This document shows positions 11,391-21,330 of a stretch of 64,000 nt of DNA, piece by piece; position 1 is the stretch's first letter, and every line of letters begins with the position of its first letter. Source of the stretch: Bacilli bacterium (GTDB lineage Bacteria > Bacillota_I > Bacilli_A > RFN20 > CAG-826); NCBI GenBank assembly GCA_045117995.1, contig JBGUOH010000009.1, positions 64,276 to 128,275 of the forward strand, written 5' to 3'. The position numbers and the translations under genes are program-made. Under the pieces are notes generated by a model, which was not told the DNA's origin, did no database searches, and saw only the letters and a list, made by a program, of their open reading frames with translations.

Positions 11391-12944
11391 CTATTTCGCG
11401 GTTTCTATCGCACGATATTCACGAATGACAGAAACTTTAATTTGACCTGGATAAGTCATTTCGTTTTCAATACGTTCTTTGATGTCTCTTGCTAATTTGA
11501 ATGCACCAACATCATCGATCTTTTCTGGGATAACCATGACACGTAATTCACGGCCAGATTGCATCGCGTATGATTGATAAACGCCATCGTAGGACTTGCA
11601 GATTTCTTCAAGTTGTTCAATACGTTTGATGTAGTTTTCTAAGATTTCACTTCTAGCACCTGGTCTAGCAGCACTTAATGTATCAGCGGCTTGGACTAAG
11701 TTAGCAATGATGTATTTAGCAGGAACATCGCCATGGTGAGATTCAATGGAGTTGATAACGACATCACCTTCACCATACTTCTTAGCTAAACGGGCACCGA
11801 TTTCAACGTGACTACCTTCCATTTCAAAGTCAGCAGCTTTACCGACATCGTGTAATAAGCCCGCTCTCTTGGCTAAGTTTTGATCTAAGCCTAATTCAGC
11901 GGCCATAATGCCACATAAGTAAGCGACTTCGACGGAGTGGTCTAAAGCGTTTTGTCCATATGAAGTACGATATTTTAATCTACCGACATAGTCGAGCAAT
12001 TCTTTGTTGATTCTTGGTAAACCAAGTTTGAAGGCGACTTCTTGTCCTGCTTTATGAATGGATTCATCGACTTCTTTCTTAGTCTTTTCAACAATTTCTT
12101 CAATTCTACCTGGTTGGATACGACCATCTTTAATTAAGGCTTCAAGAGATAATCTAGCGATTTCTCTTCTGATAGGATTGAAACATGAAACAGTAATAAC
12201 TTCTGGAGTATCATCAATGATTAAGTCAACACCTAATAATTGTTCTAAGGAACGGATGTTACGACCTTCACGGCCGATGATTCTACCTTTCATTTCATCA
12301 CTTGGTAAAGCGACGACTGAAACTGTTCTTTCGTTGGTGACATCTTGCGCATAACGAGTTAAGGCTAAGCCTAAGAGTTCTTTAGCTTTTGTGTCACATT
12401 CTTCTTTCGCTTCTTCTTCTTTTTGCTTAATGAAGGCAGCGATTTCTTTACTTACTTTACTTTCAACACGATTGAATAATTCATCGCGTGCTTCTTGTGT
12501 GGACATTTGAGCGACCTTTTCAAGTTCAACGATAATACTATCAATCTTTTCTTGAAGAGCGGCGTCTTTCTTGTCCAATTCTTTTAATCGTCTAGTTAAT
12601 GTTTCGTTCTTTTCATCTAAAGCATTTTCTTTAGAAAGAAGAGCAGCGTCACGACGATCGATGTTTTGTTCTCTTTGATTAAGAGATCTTTCTTGCGCTT
12701 GTAATTCTTGTTTTCTTTCGTGGATTTCTTTGCTGGCTTCTTGTTTCATTTCATTGATAGCTTGCTTACCATCAATTTGTGCGTTTTTAGTAATGTGTTC
12801 CGCTTTAATTTCAGCGTCACGGATGATTTTTTTGGAAGTGTTTTTAGCAATGTTGTTTCTAACAAAAGGTATTAAGAAAGCAACTGCGGCACCCGCAACT
12901 AAACAAAGAACACCAATAAGAATACCTAACCAAATTGGCATCAT
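11391..12944 (-). CDS. rny: Ribonuclease Y
   Basis: 517 aa. N-terminal TM, long coiled coil, KH domain and HD domain (HHGDV, LLHDVGK). Confidence 0.93.
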   Translation of the reverse strand: MMPIWLGILIGVLCLVAGAAVAFLIPFVRNNIAKNTSKKIIRDAEIKAEHITKNAQIDGKQAINEMKQEASKEIHERKQELQAQERSLNQREQNIDRRDAALLSKENALDEKNETLTRRLKELDKKDAALQEKIDSIIVELEKVAQMSTQEARDELFNRVESKVSKEIAAFIKQKEEEAKEECDTKAKELLGLALTRYAQDVTNERTVSVVALPSDEMKGRIIGREGRNIRSLEQLLGVDLIIDDTPEVITVSCFNPIRREIARLSLEALIKDGRIQPGRIEEIVEKTKKEVDESIHKAGQEVAFKLGLPRINKELLDYVGRLKYRTSYGQNALDHSVEVAYLCGIMAAELGLDQNLAKRAGLLHDVGKAADFEMEGSHVEIGARLAKKYGEGDVVINSIESHHGDVPAKYIIANLVQAADTLSAARPGARSEILENYIKRIEQLEEICKSYDGVYQSYAMQSGRELRVMVIPEKIDDVGAFKLARDIKERIENEMTYPGQIKVSVIREYRAIETAK

Positions 12945-13174
12945 AATAATGTTTCCTTTCTATTTAAAGAAATAAGTTAGTCTACAAGTAGACTTTACCT
13001 AAAATGCTCCCCTATAAAGGATAGAGATATACATTTTTTATAACTAACAGGTAAAACCCGATAATAAAGTTCTCGAATGAGAATATATAGGTAAGTATCT
13101 TTCGAGGATACGAAATTATTATATTCCCAAGAATAAATAATGTCATTATTTTTTGTAGGTTGGAGAAAGTCAAA

Positions 13175-13217
13175 AGCAAGAAAAAAGACAGAGATGACAA
13201 TGCATTTTTCTCTGTCT
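13175..13217 (-). terminator. Rho-independent terminator downstream of recA
   Basis: Minus-strand hairpin AGACAGAGA-loop-UCUCUGUCU followed by a U-run. Confidence 0.7.
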
Positions 13218-13242
13218 ATTTCTAGATTTTTTAAATAATTAA

Positions 13243-14244
13243 CTATTCAGCGACAACGCCAGTTTTGATTTTTTCCAAGAGTTCGTTAGCGACATCTTCG
13301 TTTTCTTTGATGTACGCTTTAGCGGAATCACGACCTTGAGCAATCTTTTGACCGTTATATTCGAACCAGGAACCAGCTTTTTTAATTAAGCCCATTTCCA
13401 CAGCGCGATCAAGGATTTCGCCTTCTTTAGAAATGCCTTGGCCATAGATAATATCAATTTCGCATTGTTTGAATGGCGCGCTGACTTTGTTTTTCACAAT
13501 CTTCACGCGGCAGGTATTACCAATGATATCAGAGCCTTGTTTGATGGCTTCGGTACGACGAATATCGATACGAACGGAAGCATAGAATTTTAAGGCACGA
13601 CCACCTGAGGTTGTTTCTGGGTTACCATACATCACACCAACCTTTTCACGTAATTGGTTAATGAAGATAACAGCGCATTCTTTCTTATTAAGAACACCAG
13701 CGATTTTACGCATTGCTTTGGACATTAATCTAGCTTGTAAACCGACAGAGCTATCACCCATTTCGCCATCTAATTCTGCTTGTGGGACTAAGGCCGCAAC
13801 ACTATCGACAACGATTAAGTTAATGGAACCAGAACCAGCGAGCATTTCGACGATTTCTAATGCTTGTTCACCATTGTCTGGTTGGGAAAGAATTAACTCG
13901 TTAATATCAACACCTAAGTTTTTAGCGTAGAGTGGATCAATTGCGTGTTCTGCATCAATGAAAGCAGCACGACCGCCTTGCTTTTGGCATTCTGCGATAG
14001 CGTGCAACGCTAATGTGGTTTTACCACTACTTTCAGGTCCAAATATTTCGATGATTCTACCTTTTGGATAACCACCAACACCGATGGCTTGGTCAATGAG
14101 TAATGAACCGGTTGGAATGGCATCAACATCGACTGTTTCTCTATCGCCTAAGCGCATGACAGCGCCTTTACCATAGAGCTTTTCAATTTGTTTCAACGTT
14201 TCGTCTAACGTATCGTTTTTTAAGTTCTCTTTTTCTTTTGCCAT
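13243..14244 (-). CDS. recA: Recombinase RecA
   Basis: 333 aa. Walker [10 protein letters not shown], and the RecA L1/L2 regions. Confidence 0.95.
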   Translation of the reverse strand: MAKEKENLKNDTLDETLKQIEKLYGKGAVMRLGDRETVDVDAIPTGSLLIDQAIGVGGYPKGRIIEIFGPESSGKTTLALHAIAECQKQGGRAAFIDAEHAIDPLYAKNLGVDINELILSQPDNGEQALEIVEMLAGSGSINLIVVDSVAALVPQAELDGEMGDSSVGLQARLMSKAMRKIAGVLNKKECAVIFINQLREKVGVMYGNPETTSGGRALKFYASVRIDIRRTEAIKQGSDIIGNTCRVKIVKNKVSAPFKQCEIDIIYGQGISKEGEILDRAVEMGLIKKAGSWFEYNGQKIAQGRDSAKAYIKENEDVANELLEKIKTGVVAE

Positions 14245-14304
14245 ATGAGATCTCCTTCTACTTAATAAATAGGTGTGATTTTTGATTTTTTTCCTAAAAA
14301 ATTA

Positions 14305-14772
14305 TTATTTTCTTAAAGCGTTTTCCAGTAGCGTAAACGCTAAAATTATTGCCTTTTCTTGTATTTTATTACGGTCGCCCTCTAATTGATAGGGATATGC
14401 TTCAACTTTTTCTGGAGTTGCTAAGCCGATATAGACTTCACCAACTGGTTTATTTTCCATCGCGGATGGGCCAGCATTGCCAGTAAAGGAAATACAGTAA
14501 TCAACTTTGAGTTTCTTTCTACCAAGTTCCGCCATTTGAAGAGCGATTTCTTTACTCACTACTCCAAATTCATCAACTAATTCTTGTTTGATTCCAAGCA
14601 ACGCCACCTTTTCTTCTGTTGCGTAAGTCACTAGACCACCTTTATAGAATTTGGAGGCGCCAGAGACAGCGGTAATCTCTCGAGCGAATAAACCACCAGT
14701 AAATGATTCAACAGAGCCGAGAGTTAAACCTTTTTCACGAAACAAAGAATTGATGTCTTGGGAGGTAATCAT
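14305..14772 (-). CDS. cinA: CinA C-terminal domain protein (nicotinamide-nucleotide amidohydrolase PncC-like). It lacks the MoCF-binding N-domain
   Basis: About 156 aa when started at MITSQDIN. The ORF track extends it to 14823, overlapping pgsA. CinA_C motifs SVESFTGG and SFTGNAGP are present. Confidence 0.8.
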   Translation of the reverse strand: MITSQDINSLFREKGLTLGSVESFTGGLFAREITAVSGASKFYKGGLVTYATEEKVALLGIKQELVDEFGVVSKEIALQMAELGRKKLKVDYCISFTGNAGPSAMENKPVGEVYIGLATPEKVEAYPYQLEGDRNKIQEKAIILAFTLLENALRK

Positions 14773-14773
14773 T

Positions 14774-15427
14774 TTATTTTCCTTCTTTGAAGACGTGCTT
14801 GTTTTGAACAACGTAGATGACACCAGAAATGAAAGAGGCTGCAGTGGCTAAATAGACTAAGAAGTCTGCAATATGTAAGCCCGCTGGCCATGAGGCATCA
14901 AAATATCTGAATGGGAAACCATTGAGTAAGACTGCGCCAATGGCAACCATTTCTAAAACTGTTTTTAATTTGCCGAAGATATTGGCGGCAATGACTGTAC
15001 CTTTACTCGCGGCAATAAATCTTAAAGCGTCCACGACGATATCACGGGCGACTAAAATAATGACGCACCAAACGTTGAATGAAATAACGTTATCTCCATT
15101 TGGTACATATCTAGCAAAAACCGCTGGAGCGGCTAAGAAGATAACTAAAGAATTGACTAAGAGTTTATCCGCAACTGGATCAAGGAATTTGCCTAAATCA
15201 GTTACTTGATTATTCTTTCTTGCGAGGTGACCATCGAGGTGGTCTGTATAACTAGCAATCACAAAGAAAACAAATAAGATTAAGAAGACTAAATTGATAC
15301 CCGTGTTGCCTAATTCAAATGTTTGCCAGCCATTAATAGCGTTAACAACATTTAAGACGAATAAGCTAATAATCATGACCACAATCATGATGATTCTAGT
15401 GAATGTAATTTTTGTTGGTAAATTCAT
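14774..15427 (-). CDS. pgsA: CDP-diacylglycerol--glycerol-3-phosphate 3-phosphatidyltransferase
   Basis: 217 aa. CDP-alcohol phosphatidyltransferase motif DHLDGHLAR...DPVADK. The pgsA-cinA-recA order matches B. subtilis. Confidence 0.9.
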   Translation of the reverse strand: MNLPTKITFTRIIMIVVMIISLFVLNVVNAINGWQTFELGNTGINLVFLILFVFFVIASYTDHLDGHLARKNNQVTDLGKFLDPVADKLLVNSLVIFLAAPAVFARYVPNGDNVISFNVWCVIILVARDIVVDALRFIAASKGTVIAANIFGKLKTVLEMVAIGAVLLNGFPFRYFDASWPAGLHIADFLVYLATAASFISGVIYVVQNKHVFKEGK

Positions 15428-15439
15428 TTTGTCTCCTTA

Positions 15440-15778
15440 GTGAGTATCCGGTCCTATAAGCCATGTTCTGTTTTGACAACCATTTATCTAGGCAATGCCT
15501 ACAAGGATTAATTCAGTTCTCTTTCCTTGTCTCCCCTACCAAATTTGGGTTTCTCGCTTGTGGGGTTTACCGCGTTCCACTTTACTGTTTCCAATAAACT
15601 ACGTCACTGTGGCACTTTCAGGGATTCGACCATGGTTACCTTTAGGTTTCCTCCCGCCGTTACGTACTCCTACGTACCTAGCGTTATTTTTTCCGCTAGC
15701 GCAATCACTACGAGCATCACAGCTCGTGCGAGCATGGACTTTCCTCTACCGAAGCAGCGATTGTCCAGACCGGAATTT
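15440..15778 (-). ncRNA. rnpB: RNase P RNA, bacterial type B (Firmicutes/Mollicutes type)
   Basis: The minus strand reads GAGGAAAGUCCAUGCUCGCAC ... AGUGCCACAGUGACG ... GGAACGCGGUAAACCCCACAAGCGAGAAACCCAAAUUUGGUAGGGGA ... ACAUGGCUUAUAGGACCGG. This is near-identical to the conserved blocks of B. subtilis RNase P RNA as recalled. 5' and 3' ends can pair as P1. Confidence 0.9.
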
Positions 15779-15785
15779 TTAGATG

Positions 15786-16151
15786 TTATTTGATTGTGTC
15801 AGGATTGAATCCATGATTCCAAAGGAATTTCTCTAGAGCATTGATCTTCCTGACTAACTCGATATTGTCTGTGGTGACATTATCACTGGATTTAATATTG
15901 GTGAAGCGAGCTTTGTATCTTTCTAGTTCAACTTCAAGTTTTCTCTTATCGCTCTCTAGAACTTTGTTCTTTTGCTTAAGTGTTTCATATTCATTCACGG
16001 GAATAACAACACTTGCTTCCACGAGCTTGTAATCTTGAATAACCATATCTAAGAAGCGATCTACTTCCTCAGCGTCATAAGCGTTCTTATGAGTAATGGG
16101 GAACGTGTGATTCAAGATTGTTTGAGAGTTAAGAAAAAGCTTTACTGCCAT
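15786..16151 (-). CDS. gpsB: Cell-cycle protein GpsB (DivIVA-domain protein)
   Basis: 121 aa. FLDMVIQDYKL resembles B. subtilis GpsB FLDMIIKDYE, and there is a C-terminal NALEKFLW helix. It is adjacent to rnpB, as in B. subtilis. Confidence 0.8.
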   Translation of the reverse strand: MAVKLFLNSQTILNHTFPITHKNAYDAEEVDRFLDMVIQDYKLVEASVVIPVNEYETLKQKNKVLESDKRKLEVELERYKARFTNIKSSDNVTTDNIELVRKINALEKFLWNHGFNPDTIK

Positions 16152-16250
16152 ATTTGCTCCATTTCTTATATAATATAAGAGATAATTTTATAATTCAATC
16201 TTTTCTCTTTTGAAAAAAGAGGAAATAGTGATATACTATCAAAGAAATTT

Positions 16251-16976
16251 ATGAAGAAATTCGAAAAGTTATTAAAAGGTCACAAATCATTAGTCTTCTT
16301 AGACTTCGAAGGCACACAGTTCTCTCACGAGATGATTGCCATCGGTGCGATGCATGTTGTGATTGACCGTCACGGTTACATTAAGAAAAGTAAAAAGCCA
16401 TTCAGGGCTTATGTTAAAGCACACAATAGAGTGGGCAAGATCGTTACAGATTTAACCGGTATTACTGAAGATATGCTTAAGCAACAAGGCGTCAGCTTTT
16501 ACACTGCGATGAGTGAACTTAAGAAATACTGTGGTTTATCCTTTAAGAAATCATCATTCATTACCTTTGGTAATCATGATATGAAGATTTTATCTTCCTC
16601 TATTTCTTATAGTTTTGATTTCCCAAAAGAAATCGTCCAATGCATTCAACAAAACTACATTGACTTCAGCGCTTTCATTTCTGAATTCATGAGAGATGAT
16701 AAGGGCAACCCATTATCTTTAATTAAATACTGCGATGCCTTTGGCGTGAAACAAGCTGGTCCTGCTCATGATCCAGCAGTCGATGCTGAAAACTTAGCGT
16801 GGTTATATGACGCTACAATGAGAAAGAGTCATTTGCTTGTTGATGAATATAAGAAAGTTTTAAAAACATTTAACCATTTCCCTGTTCCTGTTGCTAATAC
16901 CCTTAAGAAATTAGCGAACAATGAGAACGTCACATATCAAGAATTCGAAGAAGAGATTAAAAAGTATATTGAATAA
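16251..16976 (+). CDS. DEDDh-type 3'-5' exonuclease domain protein
   Basis: 241 aa. Exo motif I FLDFEGTQ, and motif III H-x4-D (GPAHDPAVDAENLAWLY). Confidence 0.65.
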   Translation: MKKFEKLLKGHKSLVFLDFEGTQFSHEMIAIGAMHVVIDRHGYIKKSKKPFRAYVKAHNRVGKIVTDLTGITEDMLKQQGVSFYTAMSELKKYCGLSFKKSSFITFGNHDMKILSSSISYSFDFPKEIVQCIQQNYIDFSAFISEFMRDDKGNPLSLIKYCDAFGVKQAGPAHDPAVDAENLAWLYDATMRKSHLLVDEYKKVLKTFNHFPVPVANTLKKLANNENVTYQEFEEEIKKYIE

Positions 16977-17569
16977 TGAGATATCCAAACGGTAAGACAT
17001 ATCAAAAGAAGGAAAATGTAGAACAGAAAAAAGAATCTGCTCATAGAACCCTTTTGAGCGCTGCAAACCGTGGTATGTCATTAGAAGAAGATATCAATCT
17101 TTCCAATGATTTTTATCGTGATGCTGGTATTGCGTTAATTAACAAAAGACCAACACCAATCAATATTGTTAAAGTTGACTATAGTAAGGGCGCGAGAATT
17201 ACTGACGCCTATTTTGAAAAGCAATCCACCACTGACTATAACGGTGTTTATAAGGGTAGATATATCGACTTTGAAGCAAAGAACACAAAGTCCACCACCT
17301 CATTCCCATTAAGCAACATTAGCGAACACCAAATCGTTCACTTAAAGAATGTTCTTAAACATGGAGGTATTGCTTTCTTTATTATCTCTTTCCAAATGAA
17401 AGATGAGATTTATCTATTAGATGCTTCTTTTGTCATTGATTTCTATGAACACGGAAAAAGAAAATCCATTCCTTATGATGTATTCAAAAAAGAAGGGATT
17501 TTAATTAAACAAGATTACTCTCCAAGACTACATTATTTAGATGCAGTCGAGGCATTATATTTTAAGTAA
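16976..17569 (+). CDS. recU: Holliday junction resolvase RecU
   Basis: 197 aa. MRYPNGKTYQ..SNRGMSLEEDIN..TDYNGVYKGRYIDFEAK is nearly collinear with B. subtilis RecU. The start overlaps the upstream stop (TAATG). Confidence 0.9.
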   Translation: MRYPNGKTYQKKENVEQKKESAHRTLLSAANRGMSLEEDINLSNDFYRDAGIALINKRPTPINIVKVDYSKGARITDAYFEKQSTTDYNGVYKGRYIDFEAKNTKSTTSFPLSNISEHQIVHLKNVLKHGGIAFFIISFQMKDEIYLLDASFVIDFYEHGKRKSIPYDVFKKEGILIKQDYSPRLHYLDAVEALYFK

Positions 17570-18208
17570 TTATTTGTGTTTATTAATGCACATGTCGCTT
17601 ATTTTGCAGTTTTCGCACTGTGGATTTCTGGCTGTACAGAAATAGCGACCAAAGTGAATTAATTGATGATGAGACTTAATCCATCTCTCTTCAGGAATAA
17701 GTTTTTTAAGTTTCTTTTCAACATCAATTGGTTCATCTTCTTTTTTAGCGAGATTAAGTCTTTTACTAATCCTTAATATATGTGTATCTACAGGTAGGTC
17801 TGGAATTTGGAATATTTCAGCGCGTATCACACCTGCGGTTTTATTGCCCACACCAGGTAGAGTCATTAGTTCATCTTTATTAGAAGGAACTTTACCGTTA
17901 AATCTTTCTAAGAGATCTTTAACAATGCCTTTTAAGTTCTTAGCTTTGTTTTTATATAGACCAATTGGCTTAAGTATTTCTTCAATATCACTTAGTGGAG
18001 CATTGTTTAACTCTTCTAAAGAAGGATACTTATTAAACAATACTGGTGTGACCGCATTAACTGACTTATCAGTTGTTTGAGCGGACAACATCACCGCAAT
18101 GACTAGTTCATAATCTTTAGAATAAAAAAGTTCACATCTTGCGGATGGGAACAGTTCATCTAAATAGTTAAGTAAAGGATTGATATTAGTCTTCATCATC
18201 CTCATCAA
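17570..18208 (-). CDS. nth: Endonuclease III (DNA glycosylase/AP lyase)
   Basis: 212 aa. HhH-GPD fold, and a C-terminal 4Fe-4S cluster loop CTARNPQCENCKISDMC. Confidence 0.9.
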   Translation of the reverse strand: MMRMMKTNINPLLNYLDELFPSARCELFYSKDYELVIAVMLSAQTTDKSVNAVTPVLFNKYPSLEELNNAPLSDIEEILKPIGLYKNKAKNLKGIVKDLLERFNGKVPSNKDELMTLPGVGNKTAGVIRAEIFQIPDLPVDTHILRISKRLNLAKKEDEPIDVEKKLKKLIPEERWIKSHHQLIHFGRYFCTARNPQCENCKISDMCINKHK

Positions 18209-18839
18209 GCCATGGTGTTTTAGCGATACGAATGGTTTCTTCTAAGTTCTTGGTCCAATCATCATCAATAGATGTCTTACCTTCGGTTTCAAGATCTTCT
18301 CTTTTCGCCCATGTTAATAAAATCTTATCCACGGATTTAATGGATTTCTTACCTTGATTAATGGCTTCTTTTAAAGCGTCAATAATGACTTCGTCAGTAT
18401 AGCCCATAGAGACCCATTCTCTAATTGTGCTCACTTCAATTGGGGATAATGAACGACCTAATTCCGCTTGGAATTGTTCAAAGACGTTATTTAATTGATT
18501 AGAAATGGTTTCACTATTCTTCGCTTCGTTTTCTTTAGAAACGCTGATTTGGAATTCTCTATATAGTTTTTCGTTAAGTGGTTTTAAAGAAGTAACGGTC
18601 TTACCATTCACCGTAGCGTATTCCATTAAGCCACGTGTTAATAAATCAGCGAGTAATCTATCAATCTCTTTAATATCTAAAGACATCTTCAAAGATAAAA
18701 GGTCCGCGGTAATGAATGGGTTACCGTGTTCAATTAAGTGATCAATCATCATGATAATCGCTAATTGGTTTTCACTGATTTTAAGTTTTTTATAGTTTTC
18801 TAAAAGAAGAAAACGGAAATCGATTGCTTCGCTAATCAT
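18186..18839 (-). CDS. dnaD: DnaD-domain replication initiation/membrane attachment protein
   Basis: 217 aa. C-terminal DDBH2-like segment LSPIEVSTIREWVSMGYTDEVIIDALKEA. The dnaD-nth adjacency matches B. subtilis. Confidence 0.75.
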   Translation of the reverse strand: MISEAIDFRFLLLENYKKLKISENQLAIIMMIDHLIEHGNPFITADLLSLKMSLDIKEIDRLLADLLTRGLMEYATVNGKTVTSLKPLNEKLYREFQISVSKENEAKNSETISNQLNNVFEQFQAELGRSLSPIEVSTIREWVSMGYTDEVIIDALKEAINQGKKSIKSVDKILLTWAKREDLETEGKTSIDDDWTKNLEETIRIAKTPWLDEDDED

Positions 18840-18843
18840 GCTA

Positions 18844-19536
18844 TTACTTTATCACACCCACTAGGTTTGCTATATCAAATTCTTTGAAAATTCTTTCTTT
18901 TTCTACTTGGTCAACGACTTTGTCGTCAATCTTGGCTAGTTCACTTCTGATTTTTGCGTCAGTTGTGTTTTTTAATAAATGGAAATTGTCATGCATGGCT
19001 TTTAATAATGATTCTTCGATATCTAGCTTATGCATGAGATGGAATCTAATGGCTCTTAAGATTCTTAAAGGATCTTCTTTGAGTCTAGTTTCTGGATCAC
19101 CGACCGCTCTTAGGATATGATTCTTGACGTCTTCTTGACCATTCGCATAGTCAATAATGTTTAAATCTTTATCCATATATAAAGCGTTAACGGTAAAGTC
19201 TCTTCTGGAATAATCATCTTTTAAATCTTTCACGAACTCAATCTTGCTTGGATGTCTTCCATCTAAATAAGCGGATTCTTTTCTTAAAGTTGTGATATCA
19301 AACTTCACCCCTTCTGGGCTCTTGAACTTAAGATAACCAAAACGGATAAATGTCTTATCAATCTTTGGTAAGAATGAAGCAATCTCTTCTGGAGTAGCTT
19401 CACTTACACAGTCAACATCCGTTAATGGTTCACCTAAAAGATAGTCTCTAACGGTACCACCGACGAGATAAAGATTAAAGCCATGTGAATTGAACTTTTT
19501 AGCGAGTTCTTTAAAGATATAAATTTTGATTTCCAT
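18844..19536 (-). CDS. tRNA nucleotidyltransferase/poly(A) polymerase family protein, head+neck domains only (minimal CCA- or CC/A-adding enzyme)
   Basis: 230 aa. GGTVRD...DVD nucleotidyltransferase motif and RRDFTVNAL. It is much shorter than the ~400 aa bacterial CCA enzymes. Confidence 0.7.
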   Translation of the reverse strand: MEIKIYIFKELAKKFNSHGFNLYLVGGTVRDYLLGEPLTDVDCVSEATPEEIASFLPKIDKTFIRFGYLKFKSPEGVKFDITTLRKESAYLDGRHPSKIEFVKDLKDDYSRRDFTVNALYMDKDLNIIDYANGQEDVKNHILRAVGDPETRLKEDPLRILRAIRFHLMHKLDIEESLLKAMHDNFHLLKNTTDAKIRSELAKIDDKVVDQVEKERIFKEFDIANLVGVIK

Positions 19537-19574
19537 AATAAATATTTTACACGCAATGCGTGATTACATACAGC

Positions 19575-19605
19575 GAAAAAAACCAGCTCAGGGCTGGTTT
19601 TTCGC
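19575..19605. terminator. Bidirectional intrinsic terminator (AACCAGCUCAGGGCUGGUU flanked by A-run and U-run)
   Basis: Perfect 7-bp GC-containing stem with a 5-nt loop and T/A runs on both sides. It lies downstream of hup. Confidence 0.7.
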
Positions 19606-19611
19606 AATCGG

Positions 19612-19896
19612 CTACTTATTTAATTTGCCTTTAAGTGCTTTAGATAGTCTAAATGTCACCGAGCGAGATTCCGCAATCTTAATACGTGTGTGTTGTTTTG
19701 GATGTGTACCATCACGTGATTGACGGGTTTTTGGGGTGAAGACACCGAAGTTTGTGATGTTGACTTCTTGACCTTCGAGCAAAGCCTTCTCGATTAAGTC
19801 AAAGCATAAGTCAAGTGCGTTTCTGGCGTCTTTCTTGGAAAGATGACCCTCGTCTGCGACGATTTGGACTAAATCTCTTTTGTTGAACTTCTTCAC
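19612..19896 (-). CDS. hup: DNA-binding protein HU
   Basis: HU signature across 94 aa. The start is most likely GTG at 19896 (VKKFNKRDLVQIV...), which is preceded by AAAGGGAG at good spacing. The ORF-track ATG at 19947 adds 17 non-HU residues. Confidence 0.85.
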   Translation of the reverse strand: MKKFNKRDLVQIVADEGHLSKKDARNALDLCFDLIEKALLEGQEVNITNFGVFTPKTRQSRDGTHPKQHTRIKIAESRSVTFRLSKALKGKLNK

Positions 19897-20007
19897 GATT
19901 AAAAACTCCCTTTTAATTAATCTGAATTTGCTTATGTGATTTAGCATCTTCCATTATATAGCAAATATTGCGAAAATCAAAAGGATTTTTTTGCGAATTA
20001 TTTAGAT

Positions 20008-21330
20008 TTAGTCACGAGATTGTTGCGCTCTTTTCTTTAAAACGATACGGATTGGGGTACCATCAAAGTTGAAAGTATCTCTCAATCTGTTTTCAATATA
20101 TCTTTGATATGAGAAGTGCATGAATTGTGGATCGTTCACAAACAAAACGATTGTTGGAGGGGCAGAACTGACTTGTGAAGCGTACAAAATTTTCAGACGT
20201 CCTCCATTAAAATTAGGAGCTTGGTTCATGACTTGCGCATCTTGCATAACTTCGTTTAAAAGACTTGTCTTGATACGTGTATAGTAAGCAGCATGAACGT
20301 TATCTAATGTTTCAAATAAGGTATCTAATCTTTGTTTTTTAAGGGCTGAAACAAAGACCACAGGAGCATAATCTAAGAACTTGTATTCCTCACGAATAAT
20401 CTTCACATAGTCGGACATGGTATTGGTTTGCTTATCAACAAGGTCCCATTTATTGACGACAATAATGATAGCTTTATGCAAGTCTGTCGCGTATTGAATA
20501 ACGTGTTTATCTTGTTCGGTAATACCTTCTTTACCATCGAGGACGAGTAAAACAATTTCACTTCTTTCGATGGCTTTAAGCGCCCTAATGGCGGAGTATT
20601 TATCAATGGATTCGTAAATCTTACCGCGTTTCTTTAAACCAGCGGTATCGATAACGAGATAGTTTTTATCATTTCTTTTGAATGGAGTATCGATAGAGTC
20701 TCTTGTGGTACCAGAGATATTACTAACGATAACTCTATCTTGATTCAAGATAGCGTTTGTTAGAGAAGACTTGCCAACGTTTGGTCTACCAACCACACAG
20801 AAGGTGACTTTATCTTCTTCTAATTCTTCATTGTTTTCTGGCAAGTATTTGATGATTTCGTTAAGAATATCACCAATGCCAATACCGTGCGCACCACTGA
20901 CGACATGAGGTTCGCCAAGGCCTAAGCCATAGAACTCTTGAGCGTCCGCCATATGGGAGCCTTCATCAATTTTATTAACAGCCAAAATAATTGGCTTATT
21001 TACTTTTCTAAGAATGGTTGTGACCACTCTATCATCAGTGGTAATTCCAAGCTTACCATCCACCACAAACACGATCACGTCTGCCTCGTTTATAGCAATT
21101 TCGGCTTGCATACGGATTTGTTCTTGGAATGGTCTATTAACGATTTCAATACCACCTGTATCAATTAAAGAGAAGTGACGACCGAGCCATTCACATTGCC
21201 CGTAAAGTCTATCACGTGTAATACCCATTTCGTCATCAACAATCGCGTGACGTTCACCAATCATACGGTTAAAAATCGTTGATTTACCAACGTTTGGGGA
21301 TCCAACGATTGCTACAACACCTTGAGCCAT
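20008..21330 (-). CDS. der: GTPase Der (EngA), tandem G-domains plus KH-like domain
   Basis: 440 aa. Two P-loops, GSPNVGKST and GRPNVGKSS. Confidence 0.93.
   Translation of the reverse strand: MAQGVVAIVGSPNVGKSTIFNRMIGERHAIVDDEMGITRDRLYGQCEWLGRHFSLIDTGGIEIVNRPFQEQIRMQAEIAINEADVIVFVVDGKLGITTDDRVVTTILRKVNKPIILAVNKIDEGSHMADAQEFYGLGLGEPHVVSGAHGIGIGDILNEIIKYLPENNEELEEDKVTFCVVGRPNVGKSSLTNAILNQDRVIVSNISGTTRDSIDTPFKRNDKNYLVIDTAGLKKRGKIYESIDKYSAIRALKAIERSEIVLLVLDGKEGITEQDKHVIQYATDLHKAIIIVVNKWDLVDKQTNTMSDYVKIIREEYKFLDYAPVVFVSALKKQRLDTLFETLDNVHAAYYTRIKTSLLNEVMQDAQVMNQAPNFNGGRLKILYASQVSSAPPTIVLFVNDPQFMHFSYQRYIENRLRDTFNFDGTPIRIVLKKRAQQSRD

Noticed and set aside
15680-15700. Shared GGUAAACCCC string in rnpB and the FMN riboswitch (23541-23550) as evidence of a duplicated element
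   Set aside because: The surrounding sequences match two different, well-defined RNA families. The shared decamer is coincidental.
15495-15793. Two ~90-aa plus-strand ORFs (15495..15782, 15527..15793)
   Set aside because: They fall inside the RNase P RNA gene on the opposite strand. Their sequence is explained by the structured RNA.
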